From Paragordius varius (Eukaryota > Animalia > Nematomorpha), in the NCBI GenBank assembly GCA_964247055.1, contig OZ176054.1:992001-1056000 (forward strand): 64,000 bases of DNA. Reading direction: 5' to 3'. Positions 15,291 through 32,000 of the stretch are shown piece after piece; position 1 is the first letter of the stretch, and each line of letters starts with the position of its first letter. The position numbers and the translations under genes were made by a program. The notes beneath the pieces are model-generated. The model was not told the DNA's origin. It did not search any database and saw nothing but the letters and a program-made list of their open reading frames with translations.

Positions 15291-18200
15291 CAAACTCTTT
15301 CATATCCGATTTTTACAACGATACTTTAAAAATTAATGTATAAAACTAGTCGCATCAATACTCAAGTTAAATTTTGTCCTTAAAAATCGGATATTGGTCA
15401 CCGGTGAACAAAATTATTTTTTATACATTCTCTTATTAAGACTACATCAAAATATAGAGATAGTTTGACAAACTCTTTCATATCCGATTTTTACAACGAT
15501 ACTTTAAAAATTAATATATTAAACTAGTCGCATAAATACTCAAGTTAAACTTTGTCCTTAAAAATCGGATATTGGTCACCGGTGAACAAAACTAATTTTT
15601 ATACATTCTCTTAGTAAGACTACATCAAAATATAGAGATAGTTTGACAAATTCTTTCATATCCAATTTTTACAACGATACTTTAAAAATTAATGTATAGA
15701 ACTAGTCGCGTTAAACTTTGTCCTAAAAATTCGTATATTGATCATCGGTGAACAAAATTATTTTTTATACATTCTCTTAGTAAGACTCAACAAAATATAG
15801 AGATAGTTTGACAAACTCTTTCATATCCGATTTTTACAACGATACTTTAAAAATTAATGTATAAAACTAGTCCCATCAATACTCAAGTTTAACTTTGTCC
15901 TTAAAAATCGGATATTGGTCACCGGTGAACAAAATTATTTTTTATACATTCTCTTATTAAGACTACATCAAAATATAGAGATAGTTTGACAAACTCTTTC
16001 ATATCCGATTTTTACAACGATACTTTTAAAATTAATATTTAAACTAGTCGCATCAATACTCAAGTTAAACTTTGTCCTTAAAAATCGGATATTGGTCACC
16101 GGTGAACAAAACTATTTTTTATACATTCTCTTAGTAAGACTACATCAAAATATAGAGATAGTTTGACAAACTCTTTCATATCCGATTTTTACAACGATAC
16201 TTTAAAAATTAATGTATAGAACTAGTCGCGTTAAACTTTGTCCTAAAAATTCGTATAGTGATCACCGGTGAACAAAATTATTTTTTATACATTCTCTTAG
16301 TAAGACTACAACAAAATATAGAGATAGTTTGACAAACTCTTTCATATCCGATTTTTACAACGATACTTTAAAATTAATGTATAAAACTAGTCGCATCAAT
16401 ACTCAAGTTAAACTTTGTCCTTAAAAATCGGATATTGGTTACCGGTGAACAAAACTATTTTTTATACATTCTCTTAGTAAGACTACATCAAAATATAGGT
16501 TTGACAAACTCTTTCATATCCGATTTTTACAACGATACTTTAAAAATTAATGTATAGAACTAGTCGCGTTATACTTTGTCCTAAAAATTCATATTGATCA
16601 CCGGTGAACAAAATTATTTTTTATACATTCTCTTAGTAAGACTACAACAATATATAGAGATAGATTGACAAACTCTTTCATATCCGATTTTTACAACGAT
16701 ACTTTAAAAATTCATGTATAAAACTAGTCGCATCAATACTCAAGTTAAACTTGTCCTTAAAAATCGGATATTCGTCGCCGGTGAACAAAACTATTTTTTA
16801 TACGTTCTCTTAGTAAGACTACATCAAAATATAGAGATAGTTTGACAAACTCTTTCATATCCGATTTTTACAACGATACTTTAAAAATTAATGTATAGAA
16901 CTAGTCGCGTTATACTTTGTATTAAAAATTCGTATATTGATCACCGGTGAACAAAATTATTTTTTACAACATTCTCTTAGTAGGACTACATCAAAATATA
17001 GAGATAGTTTGACAAACTCTTTCATATCCGATTTTTACAACGATACTTTAAAAAATGTATAAAACTAGTCGCATCAATACTCAAGTAAAACTTTGTCCTT
17101 AATCGGATATTGGTTGCCGGTAAAGAAAATTTTTTTTTATCATTCTCTTATTAAGACTACATCAAAATATAGAGATAGTTTGACAAACTCTTTCATATCC
17201 GATTTTTACAACGATACTTTAAAAATTAATATATTAAACTAGTCGCATCAATACTCAAGTTAAACTTTGTCCTTAAAAATCTATATTGGTCACCGGTACA
17301 AAACGAATTTTTATACATTCTCTTAGTAAGACTACATCAAAATATAGAGATAGTTTGACAAATTCTTTCATATCCAATTTTTACAACGATACTTTAAAAA
17401 TTAATGTATAGAACTAGTCGCGTTATACTTTGTCGTAAAAATTCATATTGATCACCGGTGAACAAAATTATTTTTTATACATTCTCTTTGTAAGACTACA
17501 ACAAAATATAGAGATAGTTTGACAAACTCTTTCATATCCGATTTTTACAACGATACTTTAAAAATTCATGTATAAAACTAGTCGCATCAATACTCAAGTT
17601 AAACTTGTCCTTAAAAATCGGATATTGGTCGCCGGTGAACAAAACTATTTTTTATACGTTCTCTTAGTAAGACTACATCAAAATATAGAGATAGTTTGAC
17701 AAACTCTTTCATATCCGATTTTTACAACGATACTTTAAAAATTAATGTATAGAACTAGTCGCGTTATACTTTGTCCTAAAAATTCGTATATTGATCACCG
17801 GTGAACAAAATTATTTTTTACAACATTCTCTTAGTAGGACTACATCAAAATATAGAGATAGTTTGACAAACTCTTTCATATCCGATTTTTACAACGATAC
17901 TTTAAAAAATGTATAAAACTAGTCGCATCAATACTCAAGTAAAACTTTGTCGTTAAAAATCGGATATTGGTCACCGGTGAACAAAACGAATTTTTATACA
18001 TTCTCTTAGTAAGACTACATCAAAATATAGAGATAGTTTGACAAATTCTTTCATATCCAATTTTTACAACGAAACTTTAAAAATTAATGTATAGAACTAG
18101 TCGCATCAATACTCAAGTTTTTGTCCTTAAAAATCGGATATTGGTCACCGGTGAACAAAATTATTTTTACAACATTCTCTTAGTAGGACTACATCAAAAT

Positions 18201-21200
18201 ATAGAGATAGTTTGACAAACTCTTTCATATCCGATTTTTACAACGATACTTTAAAAAATGTATAAAACTAGTCGCATCAATACTCAAGTAAAACTTTGTC
18301 CTTAAAAATCGGATATTGCTTGCCGGTAAAGAAAATTATTTTTTATCATTCTCTTAGTAGACTACATCATAATATAGAGATAGTTTGACAAACTCTTTCA
18401 TATCCGATTTTTACAACGATACTTTAAAAAATGTATAAAACTAGTCGCATCAATACTCAAGTAAAACTTTGTCGTTAAAAATCGGATATTGGTCACCGGT
18501 GAACAAAACGAATTTTTATACATTCTCTTAGTAAGACTACATCAAAATATAGAGATAGTTTGACAAATTCTTTCATATCCAATTTTTACAACGAAACTTT
18601 AAAAATTAATGTATAAAACTAGTCGCATCAATACTCAAGTTAAATTTTGTCCTTAAAAATCGGATTTTGGTCACCGGTGAACAAAATTATTTTTTATACA
18701 TTCTCTTATTAAGACTACATCAAAATATAGAGATAGTTTGACAAACTCTTTCATATCCGATTTTTACAACGATACTTTAAAAATTAATATATTAAACTAG
18801 TCGCATCAATACTCAAGTTAAACTTTGTCCTTAAAAATCGGATATTGGTCACCGGTGAACAAAACTAATTTTTATACATTCTCTTAGTAAGACTACATCA
18901 AAATATAGAGATAGTTTGACAAATTCTTTCATATCCAATTTTTACAACGATACTTTAAAAATTAATGTATAGAACTAGTCGCGTTAAACTTTGTCCTAAA
19001 AATTCGTATATTGATCATCGGTGAACAAAATTATTTTTTACAACATTCTCTTAGTAGGACTACATCAAAATATAGAGATAGTTTGACAAACTCTTTCATA
19101 TCCGATTTTTACAACGATACTTTAAAAAATGTATAAAACTAGTCGCATCAATACTCAAGTAAAACTTTGTCGTTAAAAATCGGATATTGGTCACCGGTGA
19201 ACAAAACGAATTTTTATACATTCTCTTAGTAAGACTACATCAAAATATAGAGATAGTTTGACAAATTCTTTCATATCCAATTTTTACAACGAAACTTTAA
19301 AAATTAATGTATAAAACTAGTCGCATCAATACTCAAGTTAAACTTTGTCCTTAAAAATCGGATATTGGTCACCGGTGAACAAAACTAATTTTTATACATT
19401 CTCTTAGTAAGACTACATCAAAATATAGAGATAGTTTGACAAATTCTTTCATATCCAATTTTTACAACGATACTTTAAAAATTAATGTATAGAACTAGTC
19501 GCGTTAAACTTTGTCCTAAAAATTCGTATATTGATCATCGGTGAACAAAATTATTTTTTATACATTCTCTTAGTAAGACTCAACAAAATATAGAGATAGT
19601 TTGACAAACTCTTTCATATCCGATTTTTACAACGATACTTTAAAAATTAATGTATAAAACTAGTCGCATCAATACTCAAGTAAAACTTTGTCCTTAAAAA
19701 TCGGATATTGGTCACCGGTGAACAAAATTATTTTTTATACATTCTCTTATTAAGACTACATCAAAATATAGAGATAGTTTGACAAACTCTTTCATATCCG
19801 ATTTTTACAACGATACTTTTAAAATTAATATTTAAACTAGTCGCATTAATACTCAAGTTAAACTTTGTCCTTAAAAATCGGATATTGGTCACCGGTGAAC
19901 AAAACTATTTTTTATACATTCTCTTAGTAAGACTACATCAAAATATAGAGATAGTTTGACAAACTCTTTCATATCCGATTTTTACAACGATACTTTAAAA
20001 ATTAATGTATAGAACTAGTCGCGTTAAACTTTGTCCTAAAAATTCGTATAGTGATCACCGGTGAACAAAATTATTTTTTATACATTCTCTTAGTAAGACT
20101 ACAACAAAATATAGAGATAGTTTGACAAACTCTTTCATATCCGATTTTTACAACGATACTTTAAAATTAATGTATAAAACTAGTCGCATCAATACTCAAG
20201 TTAAACTTTGTCGTTAAAAATCGGATATTGGTCACCGGTGAACAAAACGAATTTTTATACATTCTCTTAGTAAGACTACATCAAAATATAGAGATAGTTT
20301 GACAAATTCTTTCATATCCAATTTTTACAACGATACTTTAAAAATTAATGTATAGAACTAGTCGCGTTATACTTTGTCCTAAAAATTCGTATATTGATCA
20401 CCGGTGAACAAAATTATTTTTTACAACATTCTCTTAGTAGGACTACATCAAAATATAGAGATAGTTTGACAAACTCTTTCATATCCGATTTTTACAACGA
20501 TACTTTAAAAAATGTATAAAACTAGTCGCATCAATACTCAAGTAAAACTTTGTCGTTAAAAATCGGATATTGGTCACCGGTGAACAAAACGAATTTTTAT
20601 ACATTCTCTTAGTAAGACTACATCAAAATATAGAGATAGTTTGACAAATTCTTTCATATCCAATTTTTACAACGAAACTTTAAAAATTAATGTATAGAAC
20701 TAGTCGCATCAATACTCAAGTTTTTGTCCTTAAAAATCGGATATTGGTCACCGGTGAACAAAATTATTTTTACAACATTCTCTTAGTAGGACTACATCAA
20801 AATATAGAGATAGTTTGACAAACTCTTTCATATCCGATTTTTACAACGATACTTTAAAAAATGTATAAAACTAGTCGCATCAATACTCAAGTAAAACTTT
20901 GTCCTTAAAAATCGGATATTGCTTGCCGGTAAAGAAAATTATTTTTTATCATTCTCTTAGTAGACTACATCATAATATAGAGATAGTTTGACAAACTCTT
21001 TCATATCCGATTTTTACAACGATACTTTAAAAATTAATGTATAAAACTAGTCGCATCAATACTCAAGTTAAATTTTGTCCTTAAAAATCGGATATTGGTC
21101 ACCGGTGAACAAAATTATTTTTTATACATTCTCTTATTAAGACTACATCAAAATATAGAGATAGTTTGACAAACTCTTTCATATCCGATTTTTACAACGA

Positions 21201-24200
21201 TACTTTAAAAATTAATATATTAAACTAGTCGCATCAATACTCAAGTTAAACTTTGTCCTTAAAAATCGGATATTGGTCACCGGTGAACAAAACTATTTTT
21301 TATACATTCTCTTAGTAAGACTACATCAAAATATAGAGATAGTTTGACAAACTCTTTCATATCCGATTTTTACAACGATACTTTAAAAATTAATGTATAG
21401 AACTAGTCGCGTTAAACTTTGTCCTAAAAATTCGTATAGTGATCACCGGTGAACAAAATTATTTTTTATACATTCTCTTAGTAAGACTACAACAAAATAT
21501 AGAGATAGTTTGACAAACTCTTTCATATCCGATTTTTACAACGATACTTTAAAATTAATGTATAAAACTAGTCGCATCAATACTCAAGTTAAACTTTGTC
21601 CTTAAAAATCGGATATTGGTCACCGGTGAACAAAACGAATTTTTATACATTCTCTTAGTAAGACTACATCAAAATATAGAGATAGTTTGACAAATTCTTT
21701 CATATCCAATTTTTACAACGAAACTTTAAAAATTAATGTATAAAACTAGTCGCATCAATACTCAAGTTAAACTTTGTCCTTAAAAATCGGATATTGGTCA
21801 CCGGTGAACAAAACTAATTTTTATACATTCTCTTAGTAAGACTACATCAAAATATAGAGATAGTTTGACAAATTCTTTCATATCCAATTTTTACAACGAT
21901 ACTTTAAAAATTAATGTATAGAACTAGTCGCGTTAAACTTTGTCCTAAAAATTCGTATATTGATCATCGGTGAACAAAATTATTTTTTATACATTCTCTT
22001 AGTAAGACTCAACAAAATATAGAGATAGTTTGACAAACTCTTTCATATCCGATTTTTACAACGATACTTTAAAAATTAATGTATAAAACTAGTCGCATCA
22101 ATACTCAAGTAAAACTTTGTCCTTAAAAATCGGATATTGGTCACCGGTGAACAAAATTATTTTTTATACATTCTCTTATTAAGACTACATCAAAATATAG
22201 AGATAGTTTGACAAACTCTTTCATATCCGATTTTTACAACGATACTTTTAAAATTAATATTTAAACTAGTCGCATTAATACTCAAGTTAAACTCTGTCCT
22301 TAAAAATCGGATATTGGTCACCGGTGAACAAAACTATTTTTTATACATTCTCTTAGTAAGACTACATCAAAATATAGAGATAGTTTGACAAACTCTTTCA
22401 TATCCGATTTTTACAACGATACTTTAAAAATTAATGTATAGAACTAGTCGCGTTAAACTTTGTCCTAAAAATTCGTATAGTGATCACCGGTGAACAAAAT
22501 TATTTTTTATACATTCTCTTAGTAAGACTACAACAAAATATAGAGATAGTTTGACAAACTCTTTCATATCCGATTTTTACAACGATACTTTAAAATTAAT
22601 GTATAAAACTAGTCGCATCAATACTCAAGTTAAACTTTGTCCTTAAAAATCGGATATTGGTCACCGGTGAACAAAACTATTTTTTATACATTCTCTTAGT
22701 AAGACTACATCAAAATATAGGTTTGACAAACTCTTTCATATCCGATTTTTACAACGATACTTTAAAAATTAATGTATAGAACTAGTCGCGTTATACTTTG
22801 TCCTAAAAATTCATATTGATCACCGGTGAACAAAATTATTTTTTATACATTCTCTTAGTAAGACTACAACAATATATAGAGATAGATTGACAAACTCTTT
22901 CATATCCGATTTTTACAACGATACTTTAAAAATTCATGTATAAAACTAGTCGCATCAATACTCAAGTTAAACTTGTCCTTAAAAATCGGATATTGGTCGC
23001 CGGTGAACAAAACTATTTTTTATACGTTCTCTTAGTAAGACTACATCAAAATATAGAGATAGTTTGACAAACTCTTTCATATCCGATTTTTACAACGATA
23101 CTTTAAAAATTAATGTATAGAACTAGTCGCGTTATACTTTGTCCTAAAAATTCGTATATTGATCACCGGTGAACAAAATTATTTTTTACAACATTCTCTT
23201 AGTAGGACTACATCAAAATATAGAGATAGTTTGACAAACTCTTTCATATCCGATTTTTACAACGATACTTTAAAAAATGTATAAAACTAGTCGCATCAAT
23301 ACTCAAGTAAAACTTTGTCCTTAATCGGATATTGGTTGCCGGTAAAGAAAATTTTTTTTTATCATTCTCTTATTAAGACTACATCAAAATATAGAGATAG
23401 TTTGACAAACTCTTTCATATCCGATTTTTACAACGATACTTTAAAAATTAATATATTAAACTAGTCGCATCAATACTCAAGTTAAACTTTGTCCTTAAAA
23501 ATCGGATATTGGTCACCGGTGAACAAAACGAATTTTTATACATTCTCTTAGTAAGACTACATCAAAATATAGAGATAGTTTGACAAATTCTTTCATATCC
23601 AATTTTTACAACGATACTTTAAAAATTAATGTATAGAACTAGTCGCGTTAAACTTTGTCCTAAAAATTCGTATATTGATCACCGGTGAACAAAACTATTT
23701 TTTATACATTCTCTTAGTAAGACTACATCAAAATATAGAGATAGTTTGACAAACTCTTTCATATCCGATTTTTACAACGATACTTTAAAAATTAATGTAT
23801 AGAACTAGTCGCGTTATACTTTGTCCTAAAAATTCATATTGATCACCGGTGAACAAAATTATTTTTTATACATTCTCTTTGTAAGACTACAACAAAATAT
23901 AGAGATAGTTTGACAAACTCTTTCATATCCGATTTTTACAACGATACTTTAAAAATTCATGTATAGAACTAGTCGCGTTATACTTTGTCCTAAAAATTCG
24001 TATATTGATCACCGGTGAACAAAATTATTTTTTACAACATTCTCTTAGTAGGACTACATCAAAATATAGAGATAGTTTGACAAACTCTTTCATATCCGAT
24101 TTTTACAACGATACTTTAAAAAATGTATAAAACTAGTCGCATCAATACTCAAGTAAAACTTTGTCCTTAATCGGATATTGGTTGCCGGTAAAGAAAATTT

Positions 24201-26099
24201 TTTTTTATCATTCTCTTATTAAGACTACATCAAAATATAGAGATAGTTTGACAAACTCTTTCATATCCGATTTTTACAACGATACTTTAAAAATTAATAT
24301 ATTAAACTAGTCGCATCAATACTCAAGTTAAACTTTGTCCTTAAAAATCGGATATTGGTCACCGGTGAACAAAACGAATTTTTATACATTCTCTTAGTAA
24401 GACTACATCAAAATATAGAGATAGTTTGACAAATTCTTTCATATCCAATTTTTACAACGATACTTTAAAAATTAATGTATAGAACTAGTCGCGTTAAACT
24501 TTGTCCTAAAAATTCGTATATTGATCACCGGTGAACAAAACTATTTTCTATACATTCTCTTAGTAAGACTACATCAAAATATAGAGATAGTTTGACAAAC
24601 TCTTTCATATCCGATTTTTACAACGATACTTTAAAAATTAATGTATAGAACTAGTCGCGTTATACTTTGTCCTAAAAATTCATATTGATCACCGGTGAAC
24701 AAAATTATTTTTTATACATTCTCTTTGTAAGACTACAACAAAATATAGAGATAGTTTGACAAACTCTTTCATATCCGATTTTTACAACGATACTTTAAAA
24801 ATTCATGTATAAAACTAGTCGCATCAATACTCAAGTTAAACTTGTCCTTAAAAATCGAATATTGGTCGCCGGTGAACAAAACTATTTTTTATACGTTCTC
24901 TTAGTAAGACTACATCAAAATATAGAGATAGTTTGACAAACTCTTTCATATCCGATTTTTACAACGATACTTTAAAAATTAATGTATAGAACTAGTCGCG
25001 TTATACTTTGTCCTAAAAATTCGTATATTGATCACCGGTGAACAAAATTATTTTTTACAACATTCTCTTAGTAGGACTACATCAAAATATAGAGATAGTT
25101 TGACAAACTCTTTCATATCCGATTTTTACAACGATACTTTAAAAAATGTATAAAACTAGTCGCATCAATACTCAAGTAAAACTTTGTCGTTAAAAATCGG
25201 ATATTGGTCACCGGTGAACAAAACGAATTTTTATACATTCTCTTAGTAAGACTACATCAAAATATAGAGATAGTTTGACAAATTCTTTCATATCCAATTT
25301 TTACAACGAAACTTTAAAAATTAATGTATAGAACTAGTCGCGTTAAACTTTGTCCTAAAAATTCGTATATTGATCACCGGTGAACAAAATTATTTTTTAT
25401 ACATTCTCTTAGTAAGACTACAACAAAATATAGAGATAGTTTGACAAACTCTTTCATATCCGATTTTTACAACGATACTTTTAAAATTAATATATTAAAC
25501 TAGTCGCATCAATACTCAAGTTAAACTTTGTCCTTAAAAATCGGATATTGGTCACCGGTGAACAAAACTATTTTTTATACATTCTCTTAGTAAGACTACA
25601 TCAAAATATAGAGATAGTTTGACAAACTCTTTCATATCCGATTTTTACAACCATACTTTAAAAATTAATGTATAAAACTAGTCCCATCAATACTCAAGTT
25701 TAACTTTGTCCTTAAAAATCGGATATTGGTCACCGGTGAACAAAATTATTTTTTATACATTCTCTTATTAAGACTACATCAAAATATAGAGATAGTTTGA
25801 CAAACTCTTTCATATCCGATTTTTACAACGATACTTTTAAAATTAATATATTAAACTAGTCGCATCAATACTCAAGTTAAACTTTGTCCTTAAAAATCGG
25901 ATATTGGTCACCGGTGAACAAAACTATTTTTTATACATTCTCTTAGTAAGACTACATCAAAATATAGAGATAGTTTGCCAAACTCTTTCATATCCGATTT
26001 TTACAACCATACTTTAAAAATTAATGTATAGAACTAGTCGCGTTAAACTTTGTCCTAAAAATTCGTATATTGATGACCGGTGAACAAAATTATTTTTTA

Positions 26100-29000
26100 T
26101 ACATTCTCTTAGTAAGACTACAACAAAATATAGAGATAGTTTGACAAACTCTTTCATATCCGATTTTTACAACGATACTTTAAAAATTCATGTATAAAAC
26201 TAGTCGCATCAATACTCAAGTTAAACTTTGTCCTTAAAAATCGGATATTGGTCGCCGGTGAACAAAACTATTTTTTATACATTCTCTTAGTAAGACTACA
26301 TCAAAATATAGAGATAGTTTGACAAACTCTTTCATATCCGATTTTTACAACGATACTTTAAAAATCAATGTATAAAACTAGTCGCGTTAAACTTTGTCCT
26401 AAAAATTGGGATATTGATTACCGGTGAACAAAATTATTTTTTATACATTCTCTTAGTAAGACTACAACAAAATATAGAGATAGTTTGACAAACTCTTTCA
26501 TATCCGATTTTTACAACGATACTTTAAAAATTAATGTATAAAACTAGTCGCATCAATACTCAAGTTAAACTTTGTCCTTAAAAATCGGATATTGGTCGCC
26601 GGTGAACAAAACTATTTTTTATACATTCTCTTAGTAAGACTACATCAAAATATAGAGATAGTTTGACAAACTCTTTCATATCCGATTTTTACAACGATAC
26701 TTTAAAAATTAATGTATAAAACTAGTCGCGTTAAACTTTGTCCTAAAAATTCGGATATTGATCACCGGTGAACAAAATTATTTTTTATACATTCTCTTAG
26801 TAAGACTACAACAAAATATAGAGATAGTTGAACAAACTCTTTCATATCCGATTTTTACAACGATACTTTAAAAATTAATGTATAAAACTAGTCGCATCAA
26901 TACTCAAGTTAAACTTTGTCCTTAAAAATCGGATATTGGTCGCCGGTGAACAAAACTATTTTTTATACATTCTCTTAGTAAGACTACATCAAAATATAGA
27001 GATAGTTTGACAAACTCTTTCATATCCGATTTTTACAACGATACTTTAAAAATCAATGTATAAAACTAGTCGCGTTAAACTTTGTCCTAAAAATTGGGAT
27101 ATGGATTACCGGTGAACAAAATTATTTTTTATACATTCTCTTAGTAAGACTACAACAAAATATAGAGATAGTTTGACAAACTCTTTCATATCCTTATTTT
27201 TACAACGATACTTTAAAAATTAATGTATAAAACTAGTCGCATCAATACTCAAGTTAAACTTTGTCCTTAAAAATCGGATATTGGTCGCCGGTGAACAAAA
27301 CTATTTTTTATACATTCTCTTAGTAAGACTACATCAAAATATAGAGATAGTTTGACAAACTCTTTCATATCCGATTTTTACAACGATACTTTAAAAATTA
27401 ATGTATAAAACTAGTCGCGTTAAACTTTGTCCTAAAAATTCGGATATTGATCACCGGGAACAAAATTATTTTTTATACATTCTCGTAGTAAGACTACAAC
27501 AAAATATAGAGATAGTTTGACAAACTCTTTCATATCCGATTTTTACAACGATACTTTAAAAATTAATGTATAAAACTAGTTGCATCAATACTCAAGTTAA
27601 ACTTTGTCCTTAAAAATCGGATATTGGTCGCCGGTGAACAAAACTATTTTTTATACATTCTCTTAGTAAGACTACATCAAAATATAGAGATAGTTTGACA
27701 AACTCTTTCATATCCGATTTTTACAACGATACTTTAAAAATTAATGTATAAAACTAGTCGCGTTAAACTTTGTCCTAAAAATTCGGATATTGATCACCGG
27801 TGAACAAAATTATTTTTTATACATTCTCTTAGTAAGACTACAACAAAATATAGAGATAGTTGAACAAACTCTTTCATATCCGATTTTTACAACGATACTT
27901 TAAAAATTAATGTATAGAACTAGTCGCGTTAAACTTTGTCCTAAAAATTGGGATATGGATTACCGGTGAACAAAATTATTTTTTATACATTCTCTTAGTA
28001 AGACTACAATAAAGTATAGAGATAGTTTGACAAACTATTTCATCCGATTTTTACAACGATACTTTAAAAATTAATGTATAAAACTAGTCGCATCAATACT
28101 CAAGTTAAACTTTGTCCTTAAAAATCGGATATTGGTCATCGGTGAACAAAATTATTTTTTATACATTCTCTTATTATGACTACATCAAAATATAGAGATA
28201 GTTTTACAAACTCTTTCATATCCGATTTTTACAACGATACTTTAAAAATTAATGTATAGAACTAGTCGCGTTAAACTTTGTCCTAAAAATTCGTATATTG
28301 ATCACCGGTGAACAAAACTATTTTTTATACATTCTCTTAGTAAGACTACAACAAAATATAGAGATAGTTTGACAAACTCTTTCATATCCGATTTTTACAA
28401 CGATACTTTAAAAATCAATGTATAAAACTAGTCGCGTTAAACTTTGTCCTAAAAATTGGGATATGGATTACCGGTGAACAAAATTATTTTTTATACATTC
28501 TCTTAGTAAGACTACAACAAAATATAGAGATAGTTTGACAAACTCTTTCATATCCTTATTTTTACAACGATACTTTAAAAATTAATGTATAAAACTAGTC
28601 GCATCAATACTCAAGTTAAACTTTGTCCTTAAAAATCGGATATTGGTCGCCGGTGAACAAAACTATTTTTTATACATTCTCTTAGTAAGACTACATCAAA
28701 ATATAGAGATAGTTTGACAAACTCTTTCATATCCGATTTTTACAACGATACTTTAAAAATTAATGTATAAAACTAGTCGCGTTAAACTTTGTCCTAAAAA
28801 TTCGGATATTGATCACCGGGAACAAAATTATTTTTTATACATTCTCGTAGTAAGACTACAACAAAATATAGAGATAGTTTGACAAACTCTTTCATATCCG
28901 ATTTTTACAACGATACTTTAAAAATTAATGTATAAAACTAGTTGCATCAATACTCAAGTTAAACTTTGTCCTTAAAAATCGGATATTGGTCGCCGGTGAA

Positions 29001-32000
29001 CAAAACTATTTTTTATACATTCTCTTAGTAAGACTACATCAAAATATAGAGATAGTTTGACAAACTCTTTCATATCCGATTTTTACAACGATACTTTAAA
29101 AATTAATGTATAAAACTAGTCGCGTTAAACTTTGTCCTAAAAATTCGGATATTGATCACCGGTGAACAAAATTATTTTTTATACATTCTCTTAGTAAGAC
29201 TACAACAAAATATAGAGATAGTTGAACAAACTCTTTCATATCCGATTTTTACAACGATACTTTTAAAATTAATATATTAAACTAGTCGCATCAATACTCA
29301 AGTTAAACTTTGTCCTTAAAAATCGGATATTGGTCACCGGTGAACAAAACTATTTTTTATACATTCTCTTAGTAAGACTACATCAAAATATAGAGATAGT
29401 TTGACAAACTCTTTCATATCCGATTTTTACAACCATACTTTAAAAATTAATGTATAGAACTAGTCGCGTTAAACTTTGTCCTAAAAATTCGTATATTGAT
29501 CACCGGTGAACAAAATTATTTTTTATACATTCTCTTAGTAAGACTACAATAAAGTATAGAGATAGTTTGACAAACTATTTCATCCGATTTTTACAACGAT
29601 ACTTTAAAAATTAATGTATAAAACTAGTCGCATCAATACTCAAGTTAAACTTTGTCCTTAAAAATCGGATATTGGTCATCGGTGAACAAAATTATTTTTT
29701 ATACATTCTCTTATTATGACTACATCAAAATATAGAGATAGTTTTACAAACTCTTTCATATCCGATTTTTACAACGATACTTTAAAAATTAATGTATAGA
29801 ACTAGTCGCGTTAAACTTTGTCCTAAAAATTCGTATATTGATCACCGGTGAACAAAATTATTTTTTATACATTCTCTTAGTAAGACTACAACAAAATATA
29901 GAGATAGTTTGACAAACTCTTTCATATCCGATTTTTACAACGATACTTTAAAAATTAATGTATAAAACTAGTCGCATCAATACTCAAGTTAAACTTTGTC
30001 CTTAAAAATCGGATATTGGTCGCCGGTGAACAAAACTATTTTTTATACATTCTCTTAGTAAGACTACATCAAAATATAGAGATAGTTTGACAAACTCTTT
30101 CATATCCGATTTTTACAACGATACTTTAAAAATCAATGTATAAAACTAGTCGCGTTAAACTTTGTCCTAAAAATTGGGATATGGATTACCGGTGAACAAA
30201 ATTATTTTTTATACATTCTCTTAGTAAGACTACAACAAAATATAGAGATAGTTTGACAAACTCTTTCATATCCTTATTTTTACAACGATACTTTAAAAAT
30301 TAATGTATAAAACTAGTCGCATCAATACTCAAGTTAAACTTTGTCCTTAAAAATCGGATATTGGTCGCCGGTGAACAAAACTATTTTTTATACATTCTCT
30401 TAGTAAGACTACATCAAAATATAGAGATAGTTTGACAAACTCTTTCATATCCGATTTTTACAACGATACTTTAAAAATTAATGTATAAAACTAGTCGCGT
30501 TAAACTTTGTCCTAAAAATTCGGATATTGATCACCGGGAACAAAATTATTTTTTATACATTCTCGTAGTAAGACTACAACAAAATATAGAGATAGTTTGA
30601 CAAACTCTTTCATATCCGATTTTTACAACGATACTTTAAAAATTAATGTATAAAACTAGTTGCATCAATACTCAAGTTAAACTTTGTCCTTAAAAATCGG
30701 ATATTGGTCGCCGGTGAACAAAACTATTTTTTATACATTCTCTTAGTAAGACTACATCAAAATATAGAGATAGTTTGACAAACTCTTTCATATCCGATTT
30801 TTACAACGATACTTTAAAAATTAATGTATAAAACTAGTCGCGTTAAACTTTGTCCTAAAAATTCGGATATTGATCACCGGTGAACAAAATTATTTTTTAT
30901 ACATTCTCTTAGTAAGACTACAACAAAATATAGAGATAGTTGAACAAACTCTTTCATATCCGATTTTTACAACGATACTTTTAAAATTAATATATTAAAC
31001 TAGTCGCATCAATACTCAAGTTAAACTTTGTCCTTAAAAATCGGATATTGGTCACCGGTGAACAAAACTATTTTTTATACATTCTCTTAGTAAGACTACA
31101 TCAAAATATAGAGATAGTTTGACAAACTCTTTCATATCCGATTTTTACAACCATACTTTAAAAATTAATGTATAGAACTAGTCGCGTTAAACTTTGTCCT
31201 AAAAATTCGTATATTGATCACCGGTGAACAAAATTATTTTTTATACATTCTCTTAGTAAGACTACAATAAAGTATAGAGATAGTTTGACAAACTATTTCA
31301 TCCGATTTTTACAACGATACTTTAAAAATTAATGTATAAAACTAGTCGCATCAATACTCAAGTTAAACTTTGTCCTTAAAAATCGGATATTGGTCATCGG
31401 TGAACAAAATTATTTTTTATACATTCTCTTATTATGACTACATCAAAATATAGAGATAGTTTTACAAACTCTTTCATATCCGATTTTTACAACGATACTT
31501 TAAAAATTAATGTATAGAACTAGTCGCGTTAAACTTTGTCCTAAAAATTCGTATATTGATCACCGGTGAACAAAATTATTTTTTATACATTCTCTTAGTA
31601 AGACTACAACAAAATATAGAGATAGTTTGACAAACTCTTTCATATCCGATTTTTACAACGATACTTTAAAAATTAATGTATAAAACTAGTCGCATCAATA
31701 CTCAAGTTAAACTTTGTCCTTAAAAATCGGATATTGGTCGCCGGTGAACAAAACTATTTTTTATACATTCTCTTAGTAAGACTACATCAAAATATAGAGA
31801 TAGTTTGACAAACTCTTTCATATCCGATTTTTACAACGATACTTTAAAAATTAATGTATAAAACTAGTCGCGTTAAACTTTGTCCTAAAAATTCGGATAT
31901 TGATCACCGGTGAACAAAATTATTTTTTATACATTCTCTTAGTAAGACTACAACAAAATATAGAGATAGTTGAACAAACTCTTTCATATCCGATTTTTAC

